From Macrostomum lignano (Eukaryota): a stretch of 64,000 nt of DNA. The stretch's first letter is position 1. The number at the start of each line of letters is the position of its first letter. Shown one piece after another: positions 17,905-26,147 of the stretch. Below the pieces are notes generated by a model. It was given only the letters and a program-made list of their open reading frames with translations. It was not told where the DNA came from and searched no databases. The stretch lies in the NCBI GenBank assembly GCA_002269645.1, contig NIVC01001776.1, positions 388,809-452,808 on the forward strand, written 5' to 3'. Position numbers and translations under genes: made by a program.

Positions 17905-19377
17905 CTACAGCGGCGCGTCCCGAACAATCGTGTCATCAGCTTTAGCAATTGACATATATTCCTCTAGAAACAATACGTGTGCGTCTATTGCCTGATTACC
18001 GGTTTTATTAATCTCTAACATGTAATTAAGTCCAATATTGGCTACGTTTTCTTTCTGTGCAGTTAGATCATAAACAACCACTGGATGAATGTTTAGAAAC
18101 TCTGTGGGTGTGTACTGAGGGACGGCATACGCTTCATTTTTGGCATAATCTTGATAATATTTTATAAAATCATTAACATTATTATTTGCAATATTTAGAT
18201 TAAGAGGATCTTTAACCGGATAATATTGATCATCAACCTGCAGGCGGATATTCTGAACATTAAACTCGTTAATAGCTGCAGCCGCATTGTCTGTTGCGGT
18301 GGCTGCTTGTTCTGCTATGGCGTCCGATTGAATCCAATATAAATCCCCATTTGCTCTTTTACTCCTTCTGTTTGTTATTTTAAACCAAACAAAAATATAT
18401 CTCACCCGGCGTTTTGATGTAATTATCTGCCACTGGAATGAATCCTGATTATTATTAATGGTTCGCATAAAATGTCGACGATTCAAATAAAATATTTCCT
18501 GATCATGAGTTAACTGATTATCGATATGTTTTAAAAGTGGGGCTGTTACCTCAAGAGTTGGCACGACTAATTGTATTGAATCTATGCGAACTGCTATATC
18601 GGTTGAAACCGAATTTCCAAAAAGTATCCTAGGCTGATATCCACCAGATATTTGCAACTGTATCCCAAATTTTAATCCTTTCCATACCCGATTTGGTGAG
18701 AAGAACCCAAATAGCGGAAAGATTGAAAAGTCTTGCTCATATGCTGTTGCTGTGGTTAAAACCGCGACTGGGAATTTATTCTGACGATCTATAAAACCCG
18801 TATTAATCTCTTTTGTATTAGTCATAGTGGTTACAACTGGAACTATATTGGTATTAAGGTAATTAATAAGAGCTGCGGTATCTGCACCGGCTGCTGGTGC
18901 TACGTTAGGAAAATTTATTGCTCCACCATCACCCTTATCGGGCATCCATCCAACATTATCACCAACTTGTTTTGATAAATAAGTATAATTTAAATGTTTC
19001 AAAACTCCATTAATCTCTGCGGGGTTTGATGCTGTCTCAACCTCGGCTCCATTAACTGACAGTTGTGCTTGGGAAAAACATTTATAAAACCAATCATTTT
19101 CTATTATTATTCCAGATCGATCTGCGATATCGCCGGCTGCAAGAGCGGTTCCATCATTTCTAGTATACAACCATCTAACACGGAAAAATGCATTTTTCAT
19201 ATCCAATATAGTGTTGGTTGCGCCGATGTCAAAAGTTACCGTTCCGGTAGTAAAGTTATTTGAATTATCACTTGTTGGTAGGGTATAATTCAAATCTCTT
19301 GCCCTAACCTCATTAATATACTGGCGGTGCTTTTTGAAATGAAATTTATCACTCCACATAGTTTTTGTTTCAGCCAT
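17905..19377 (-). CDS. MCP: Major capsid protein (double jelly-roll)
   Basis: 490-aa beta-rich protein adjacent to the ATPase and penton. FSQAQLSVNGAEVE, RIDSIQLVVPTL, RVRYIFVWF, NIRLQVDDQYYP, HPVVVYDLT. Confidence 0.88.
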   Translation of the reverse strand: MAETKTMWSDKFHFKKHRQYINEVRARDLNYTLPTSDNSNNFTTGTVTFDIGATNTILDMKNAFFRVRWLYTRNDGTALAAGDIADRSGIIIENDWFYKCFSQAQLSVNGAEVETASNPAEINGVLKHLNYTYLSKQVGDNVGWMPDKGDGGAINFPNVAPAAGADTAALINYLNTNIVPVVTTMTNTKEINTGFIDRQNKFPVAVLTTATAYEQDFSIFPLFGFFSPNRVWKGLKFGIQLQISGGYQPRILFGNSVSTDIAVRIDSIQLVVPTLEVTAPLLKHIDNQLTHDQEIFYLNRRHFMRTINNNQDSFQWQIITSKRRVRYIFVWFKITNRRSKRANGDLYWIQSDAIAEQAATATDNAAAAINEFNVQNIRLQVDDQYYPVKDPLNLNIANNNVNDFIKYYQDYAKNEAYAVPQYTPTEFLNIHPVVVYDLTAQKENVANIGLNYMLEINKTGNQAIDAHVLFLEEYMSIAKADDTIVRDAPL

Positions 19378-19411
19378 TTTTTTAAGTTAAAAAAGTTTTT
19401 TATGTTAAAAA

Positions 19412-20080
19412 ATGAGTCAATTTATGGATGTTGATGGAGAGTTAGCGATTTATAAAGAGAAGCAAAGATATTCTGATTTTGTTAGAAATTTACAAAAAAG
19501 AAAGTTAGGAATACAATTAGCTGGCGAAAGATTTGCTGCTCCTTTTGTTAATCCTATTACGGGGAAAATTAGTGAACTAGAAAAAACAGATAAAGACCTT
19601 CTGGAAAAAATTGCTAAGAATACTGAGCCAAAAGAGGATGTAATTTTGGATGAGCCGCCTGCTTATGATGTTGATCAAACACTATTGAGAATTGCAGAGA
19701 TTAGACGTGCAGAAAGGAATGGAGTTGAACAATATCCAAGAGTACCAGCTAGTATTGCTGCGATAGATTTAGGTAATAATAATTATCGAATTGGTGGAGT
19801 TGATAAAAATCGAAATGAACTATATAGAGAATTGGGTGGGGCATTTAATATTATTATGAACCCTAGGGTAAAATTTAACCCCGATTTATATACTAGGGAT
19901 GAATTAGTAAGTGCTAAAATTTTTTACGATGAGTTAGGAGGTGGAGGTGTTAAAAATACCAGCTTGTATAAAAGGATTGTTAATTCTATAAATAACAAAC
20001 CGGCTGTTGGAGAAGGATTTAAAACTCCTAGAAAACTTGTTTTAGCTGCTGCGAAAGCTGCTGGACATACAGGTGTTTAA
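19412..20080 (+). CDS. Conserved Polinton core-type protein (uncharacterised PZ/PW class, assignment uncertain)
   Basis: F..PIT...., YTRDEL, a GEG site and a terminal LAAAKAAGHTG resembling the LLAS..AG(N/H)TG motif I recall from Polinton proteins. It may be C-terminally truncated. Confidence 0.6.
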   Translation: MSQFMDVDGELAIYKEKQRYSDFVRNLQKRKLGIQLAGERFAAPFVNPITGKISELEKTDKDLLEKIAKNTEPKEDVILDEPPAYDVDQTLLRIAEIRRAERNGVEQYPRVPASIAAIDLGNNNYRIGGVDKNRNELYRELGGAFNIIMNPRVKFNPDLYTRDELVSAKIFYDELGGGGVKNTSLYKRIVNSINNKPAVGEGFKTPRKLVLAAAKAAGHTGV

Positions 20081-20103
20081 TTGTTAAATTTATTTTTTAT
20101 AAA

Positions 20104-20685
20104 ATGGTTGAAACAAAGATTTGTACTAAGTGTAAACAAGAAAAACCGATGACAAAAGAGTTTTATTTTTGGAGAAATGATTCAAAAAAATTTAGAAATG
20201 ATTGCCGATCTTGTCATAATGCCTCATCTGCTATTTGGATAAAAAACAATAAAGATAAATGGAATGAATATAGAAAAAATAAGTATCACACTGATGATAA
20301 TTACAAACATATTGTTTTAATTAGAAATAGAATAAATTGGGCGTTGAAAAATTTTAATGACAAGGACTATATCTCATATCTTGGTTGCACAAAAGAATTC
20401 TTTTTTGATTGGTTAAATTTCACAAGAAATTATTATGTATCAAAAGATTATACTGGAAAGTTAGATATTGATCATTTCATCCCCGCTTCTTCATTTACTT
20501 ACAAAGATAATGACCAGATGAAAAAGTCTGAAAACTGGAGAAATAAAAGATACTTAACTAGCGTAGATAATCGCTATAAAAAAGTTCAACAACCAACCAT
20601 TGAAGAGTTTGCAAAACAATTAGTGCTATCATGTATTTTTAAGGCTATTAAAAATGAGCGACCGAACGAAGTTCGCGAACCGTAG
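20104..20685 (+). CDS. Free-standing HNH (His-Me finger) homing-type endonuclease with N-terminal Zn finger
   Basis: CTKC...CRSC, YLGC, DIDHFIP, NWRN and DNRYKK (H-N-N), similar to giant-virus HNH proteins. It has its own TATAAAATG start. Confidence 0.88.
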   Translation: MVETKICTKCKQEKPMTKEFYFWRNDSKKFRNDCRSCHNASSAIWIKNNKDKWNEYRKNKYHTDDNYKHIVLIRNRINWALKNFNDKDYISYLGCTKEFFFDWLNFTRNYYVSKDYTGKLDIDHFIPASSFTYKDNDQMKKSENWRNKRYLTSVDNRYKKVQQPTIEEFAKQLVLSCIFKAIKNERPNEVREP

Positions 20686-20740
20686 GTTCGATCGTGCGAT
20701 GCACGCGTTCCGAAGGAACGATCAATTAGTATTTGAATGA

Positions 20741-20842
20741 GGATTTTTAGATGTTCAAAAAGGATTAACAAGCTTACCGAGTATTTTTACTACTGGAAGG
20801 TATACAAATGAATTACACCTGCCGTCGTATAATTTCACAGGT
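20741..20842 (+). CDS. PLA2-integrase gene, 5' exon (no in-frame ATG after the TGA at 20738)
   Basis: Reads GFLDVQKGLTSLPSIFTTGRYTNELHLPSYNFTG, the N-terminal half of a parvovirus-type PLA2 Ca loop. Not in the ORF track. Confidence 0.85.
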
Positions 20843-21143
20843 TACCCCGTGGCCTGAGTGAGGAAGTCAATGTCCTTGCTAGTCACTATTTGTGGCGACA
20901 TCTTCAAATTGCGTGAAACCCGTCATACAGCTTCAAGTACCACTTCAATTGAGAAATCTTTTGAAGGAACAGAGGTAACTCCTCTTCCCAACGGTAACAA
21001 GCTTGAAGACACGGTGGCAATGCGCAGCCAAGCTCCTAAGTATTTAAATATAAGGAGAAGGTTCAGAGAGCAGACGGAGATGGGCGGTAATTTATCCGCT
21101 TAAGGTGTGCTCCAGCCTATTTCGAAAGATTTAGGGCAAACTA
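20843..21143 (+). ncRNA. Group I self-splicing intron, IC1-like, ORF-less, 301 nt
   Basis: P AAAUUGCGUGAAA, Q AAUGCGCAGC, R GUUCAGAGAGCA and S UAAGGUGUGCUCC elements are present in order. P1, P2.1, P3, P4, P5abc, P6, P7, P8, P9, P9.0 and P10 can all be paired. Removal restores FTG-PGT in frame. Confidence 0.93.
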
Positions 21144-22295
21144 CCCGGCACTCGCTTAGATTTGAGATTAAATCCTGATGATGACACTCCAAAAGCTGAT
21201 TCAATTCCCATTAACGGCATTGATTGGTTAGCATATTATCATGACTTAGCATACAGAGATGCTGATAAGAACACACCCGAAGAAGCATTAAGATTAAAAC
21301 ATGAAGCCGATAGAAAAATGATTCAAGGATTAGATAACTTACAAGGATTATCGGTAAGCCAAAGATTAACTCGGTGGATGGTTAAAAAAATCTTACAGTC
21401 TAAAGTTAAATTTGGTTTGGGAATTAATTACAACCAACATGGAAATAATTGTGTTGAGTGTTTATTATTAAGTGGTGGTGGGTTAAGTTTTGATGAGGCA
21501 AAGATTCTTCATAAAGAATATCGAAAACCTAAATTTTATAGAAAAATCATGAACTTCAAAAAGAACGAAATTTGGTATGCTGATTTAATGTCTATGCCGA
21601 TCGATAAAGGATATAAATATATTTTAACCATATTAGATGGTTTTACTCGATACGCGTGGGCAGTTCCTTTAAAATCCAAAAAAGGAGAGGAGGTTGCTGC
21701 TGCTTTTAGAAGCCTTGATGAAAAAAGCGAACGGTTGTGTGTTGATGAGGGAAAAGAATTTTACAATCCTCATATGTATAAATTATATCATTTTGAAAAT
21801 GGACAAGAAAGGAAAAAGGACGCGAATGGGGAGTATATTAATAAAATTTATTCTATTTATGGTGAAAGTAAAAATGCTTTAATAGAAAGATTTAATCGAA
21901 CTTTAGGTAAGAAATTGTGGTTTCAGTTTAGTCTTAATGGTAACCAAAAGTGGGTAAAAATATTACCAGATGTCGTGAAAGATTATAACAATTCATATCA
22001 TTCGGCAATAAAGATGACTCCTCAACAAGCTTATAACAATCCTGAAAACGTTAAAGTTACTTTTGGAAAATTTGAAAAAAATAAAAAGAAATCTTTTAAG
22101 GTTGGTGATTCTGTTTATATCTATAAATGGAAAAATAAGTTTGAAAAGGGAAGAAAAGGATATTGGAAAATAAGTGAGAAATTTACCATCAGTAAAGTTT
22201 TAAATACAAATCCTACAACCTATATAATTGCTGATAAGGATGGTGAAGAAATATTGGGTTCGTTTTATGAGAACCAACTAATATCAGCGAACTAA
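21144..22295 (+). CDS. INT: PLA2-integrase gene, 3' exon: parvovirus-type phospholipase A2 fused to a retroviral-type DDE integrase
   Basis: PGTRLDLRLNP...PINGID..AYYHDLAY...HEAD (PLA2 HD/D), KVKFGLG linker, then LHK..RK, WYADL (D), CVDEGKEF (D), LIERFNRTL (E) and a C-terminal FKVGD...GSFYENQL. Confidence 0.95.
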   Translation, partial: PGTRLDLRLNPDDDTPKADSIPINGIDWLAYYHDLAYRDADKNTPEEALRLKHEADRKMIQGLDNLQGLSVSQRLTRWMVKKILQSKVKFGLGINYNQHGNNCVECLLLSGGGLSFDEAKILHKEYRKPKFYRKIMNFKKNEIWYADLMSMPIDKGYKYILTILDGFTRYAWAVPLKSKKGEEVAAAFRSLDEKSERLCVDEGKEFYNPHMYKLYHFENGQERKKDANGEYINKIYSIYGESKNALIERFNRTLGKKLWFQFSLNGNQKWVKILPDVVKDYNNSYHSAIKMTPQQAYNNPENVKVTFGKFEKNKKKSFKVGDSVYIYKWKNKFEKGRKGYWKISEKFTISKVLNTNPTTYIIADKDGEEILGSFYENQLISAN

Positions 22296-22305
22296 GTTCG
22301 AACAA

Positions 22306-22530
22306 TTACTTGAGGCAGCATGGTAGTAAATTTTTTATAACAAACAAAAACAATATTATTACTATTATTGTTACTAATATAATTATTGACATTTGTTCAA
22401 CTGTTATCAAACTTAAATTTTCATTAAGTTCATTAATTGGAACATTTCCGATGTAGGAGTAATTTACCTTCATTTTTTTATATATATTTTTCATAATAAA
22501 TGTTGTTTCTGTTATAGAATAATAGTTCAT
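22306..22530 (-). CDS. Small single-pass membrane protein (74 aa) ending LLPCCLK
   Basis: AAAAAAATG at 22530, with hydrophobic run IIILVTIIVIILFLFVI. Confidence 0.6.
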   Translation of the reverse strand: MNYYSITETTFIMKNIYKKMKVNYSYIGNVPINELNENLSLITVEQMSIIILVTIIVIILFLFVIKNLLPCCLK

Positions 22531-22534
22531 TTTT

Positions 22535-22849
22535 TTACATAAAAATTTCAATTTCATTCTCAGAATCACTAGTTTCATATGAGCTATTTGTTGAGTTGGA
22601 ATCGTCTGAACGAACCTCCCAATCATCCGAATTTAAATAATTTCCAAGTTGAAATATTAACTCACCCTCTTGTTCTAAATCATACATCTCATCCAACTCT
22701 AATGGATAAAGTTTTAGGTCATGCTTGTCGTCATATTTTAAATAAACTTCATCAATTATTCCATTCAAAATATGTTGTTTTATTATCTCTGCATTTTTAG
22801 CAACAGTCTCAAAAGTATCACTAACAGAAAAGGTGTAAACTCGGGTCAT
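22535..22849 (-). CDS. Acidic hypothetical protein (104 aa)
   Basis: TAAAAATG start immediately inside the right TIR. D/E/S-rich C-terminus. Confidence 0.6.
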   Translation of the reverse strand: MTRVYTFSVSDTFETVAKNAEIIKQHILNGIIDEVYLKYDDKHDLKLYPLELDEMYDLEQEGELIFQLGNYLNSDDWEVRSDDSNSTNSSYETSDSENEIEIFM

Positions 22850-22857
22850 TTTTAGTA

Positions 22858-23223
22858 ACAGAAAAAGACCCTTCGCGCCTGCGGCGCGTGCGAGGGGTTA
22901 TAGAGATTTGGAAGTGTTAGAAGTGTTGGGGAGTGTTGGGTTGTGTAGTAGTAGGTAAAACGACGCTTACAGATCAGACCTTTTTTAATGGCCGTTTATA
23001 AGGTTCCAGAGGGGGGGACACGAGGGGGAGTGTTGGGGGTGTTGGGGGTGGGTTATATTGCTTTTTGGTATTAAGGGTGATTAGATGTGTTTATGGGTGA
23101 TTAGATGTGTTAAGGGTGTTTAGATGTGTTTTTTTATTTACCCCCCGTGTCCCCCCCTCTAGACCCTTAAAACTGCTATTTAAAAAGTGCTCTGGGTCTG
23201 TAGGCGTCTTTTTACCTACTACT
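22858..23223 (-). repeat. Right terminal inverted repeat (366 bp)
   Basis: Mirror of the left TIR, ending ...TTTTACCTACTACT. Confidence 0.96.
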
Positions 23224-26147
23224 GCCCGCATCCGGCTAAAAATGAGCAGCGCACAGGTAAGTTCAGAGGAATCGCAAAGCTTATTAGCAATTAATTGATA
23301 ATTATAGAAGCTCGCCAATTCAAACTGCAGCAGACCGGCTTCAGCAGCTCTCACTGGGCTCGGCTGCCCGGAGGTCAGGAAAGCCAGGACTGGCTGGTCA
23401 GGTGCAGCGTCAGTCAGTCAGGCCTGCTGTACCCGGATGTTGAAGCCAAGTTCTCAACTGGAAGTGAGTGCTGACCAAATAACTGCAGATCTGATTTTAC
23501 CTTAAAGATAGCACTAAAGCCAATGGCCTCATTTCAATCGCACAGGAAAAATCGTCCGCGAGCACCTCTGAGCATTTCAGTAATCAGTGGTGTGCTTATA
23601 TGAACTGTTTAGGGAAAAATGATAATGAAACAAAGAATAATAATAACTTTTAAGAGGATTTTTGTTTATTCGCTTACATCTTTGAGAAAATGACTCCTAA
23701 TTGGCCCTTAATAGCCAGCCGTCATACCGGTAGGATTTAAAAAACGGAAAAAACTTTGGAAACAGAAAACGATCAACTGGAAATAAGTGAAAGATGGGTA
23801 GACTGTAGCTGAGATATGTTTTATTAACATGGCCTAATTCATATGTTTCGTTTTAAAGTTGCAGCTCAGTGCGACGATCGCTCGGCAAGGTTTTTCTCGC
23901 TTCTATTGGCTTCTATACTGGCTTCACTAGTTGTGGGCTTCCTTCTGTCTACAATATACCACAAATCTGGTATGCTTTTTACCTGCGAGAGAAATCTGGT
24001 GAGTCATATTTAAAATATTTCAAAATTCAATTTCAAATCTGCCAGAAAGTGTTTCACGTCATTATTTCGTACCATTTATGGTGCTGTGTTCATGCATACT
24101 CCATAGATCAAAGTTCATCATGCATATTTCCTTAATGCTTCGACAATGAAATTGCGATTTTTAATTTATCCTTTATACATGGAATGAATCCTGTACGCTT
24201 GAAAAATTTTAGCCACAGAGAGGTCACACTGAACAGCGAAGTCAGCACAATGCAGGTCAGGCCGTCCCAATGCGAATACGGAACAACTTCGCAGTGCAAA
24301 ATGACTCACACGGCAGCAGTGAATACGACTATCCAACCACTGAGCAGCCAGGAAGCTGCCGAAATGAACAGTAGGGTCAAGGAGGTGCCTACACAGGTGC
24401 TGCTGGTTCCTTTACAACAGGGACCACTGAATGAAGGTCGGGTTTACGTCAACCGGACTGAAAATGCTACTTGAGTCAGTTGAGAATTCAAGTAAGAACT
24501 TGAGAGGCTGTGAGACAGATTTTGACATTGTTGCTTGCCAAGTGCACCAGTGTCCAATATTCAGTCATGTGACCCATAATGAAACACTTCAAACCGATTC
24601 TGACTTGGCAACAAGTCGGTACTGCTATGCTTAATGATGCGACAATACTGATCACTTTGTGCACTATTTACTAGCTCTGATTTGTAGCTCTCTTTTATGA
24701 CTTTCATGAAGTAGATGTTGAAAACCGGTTTTTCGAACGATAGAACGAGCAGTCGCTGTTTTCGTGATATTACTGGTATTACTAAAAATAGAATCTGACG
24801 CATGCTATTTTTAAATGTGTTCATATTTTTATCTGACTACTTCTAGTAGTCTACTGTGTTTCTTAGATCTCTACACTATTAGAAATTTGCTTTTTTAAGG
24901 CGACTTATGCTTTACTCCTGTAACAATAATTAAACTCGATTTCTTGGTCAAGAATCCAAATATATATTTTTCCGATTCAAAATTCAGTCAACATGTTTGT
25001 TTTCTGATGCAACTGGAAGTACTTGTAGGCCCTGTGTACCTCTGAGACGCTGAATTGATAGATGTGGTCTTTGGTTGCGGTCGGGTTCTTCTTGACGAGT
25101 AGTAGACTGTAGAGCCGGCTTATAGTATTTGTGCTTTCAATAGCAGAGGCCCAATGAGATTCTGGGAAATAGCTATGTGCTCCAAGGAAAAATGAGAGGA
25201 CTGCATCAAAACTCAACAATGGGCTGAATAGCCAAGTAGTATAGGCCATTGGTTGCGTAGCTCGTATACGAATGGAGCAGATTCTTAATGTTACAGGCGG
25301 ACTTATTTTTCGACGCAGGAGGGATTAGAAAAAGGATTAGAAAGTCCTGAAGGACTTATCACAGGCTTAAACGTCCTTGGAAGCACTGGGCACGCTATAG
25401 TGCTCTCCGTAAGTTTCTGTTACTCATTAAGACTGCTTGTTTACAGATGTGATAGGGAAAGCGCTTTCGGCAACCTAGTTTACTGTAAGCGTACATGATT
25501 GATGCATTTGATTGATTTCAGTTTAGGGGTTCTCTGGGTGCGCACATTATGGTAGAATAAAATTCATGCAACGATTGTTCATGTCGGTGTCTAAAGGTCA
25601 ACTGAATGTTTTATTGCTTATGTAGAGCTAACATTAGTCACATTCTATTTTCAGCATTTTTAGATTTACAAACGCATTTTCTTACCATACTACTAGCCAT
25701 ACAAAAACAAATTGAATACCTGTACATTATTAAGTCGGTTTTTCTGCTGTTACTGCACTTTACATGGGTTTTTCTTGTGCTTTGGCTCGACTCTTATCTT
25801 TTGCTTAAAAATGTGCAGTATATGCTGAAGCTAAGATTGCAAGGTAGAATTTTTGTATAAATTACAGAAAAGCCAGACACTGATACTTGATTTATAAAAA
25901 AGTAAATTGGTAAAAGCTAATACTAACTAAAATAAAGTACGGCTTTTGAATTCAAGTACGTCTTTAGTTCTTTGCGGCTCGAATCGTTTTGCAATGTCTG
26001 ATAAGCTAAACAGCGGAAATTTCAAACTAACATTTGCACTTTTGAATCTGCAAGTCTTCATCTTGTTGTCATTGGTTTCAGAGTAAGAAACGAATAGAAT
26101 GCTTTTTAATATCGCATCCAATTGTACTAAAGAATTTTTTGTTCCGC

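Larger units (their letters stand above)
5475..23223. mobile_element. Complete Polinton/Maverick (adintovirus-like endogenous virus), 17,749 bp
   Basis: Ends are 5'-AGTAGTAGG...CCTACTACT-3'. GCCCGC is duplicated at 5469-5474 and 23224-23229. The AT-rich interior is densely coded and carries pPolB, integrase, adenain, ATPase, and major and minor capsid genes. Confidence 0.98.
2892..24460 (+). pseudogene. Host multi-exon receptor-like gene A, disrupted by the Polinton and by a 5-bp deletion
   Basis: Exons at about 2892-3075, 3459-3600, 4327-4490, 5335-5474 plus 23230-23256, and 23330-23462 are collinear paralogues of gene B exons (shared SVSPVWVSG, EPC...VTS..CS.WNVSH.C, W.VRCSV.QSG). Gene ends are uncertain. 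Confidence 0.6.

Noticed and set aside
7516-19377. Inteins in PolB, ATPase or capsid genes, and a primase-helicase gene
   Set aside because: No intein-like C/S...HN blocks or size excess were seen, and no SF3/D5 helicase motifs occur anywhere in the element.
20014-20746. AGGATTT direct repeat (20014-20, 20740-46) as the TSD of a 726-bp HNH cassette
   Set aside because: The upstream ORF continues past the first copy with a conserved-looking AAGHTG motif, and a 7-bp AT-rich match can arise by chance.
20858-21103. 81-aa ORF inside the intron
   Set aside because: Non-ATG start, no motifs, and it overlaps the ribozyme core.
20841-21134. Spliceosomal removal of the ribozyme region (AG|GTTACC...TTAG|)
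   Set aside because: The product is out of frame with PGTRLDL, and the sequence has the full group I core.
20075-21143. HNH gene as an intron-encoded ORF in the P1 loop of a 1,069-nt intron
   Set aside because: The region 20741-20842 encodes the genuine PLA2 N-terminus (ELHLPSYNFTG) and forms a local P1 hairpin, so the primary intron starts at 20843. The distal site is kept only as an alternative route.
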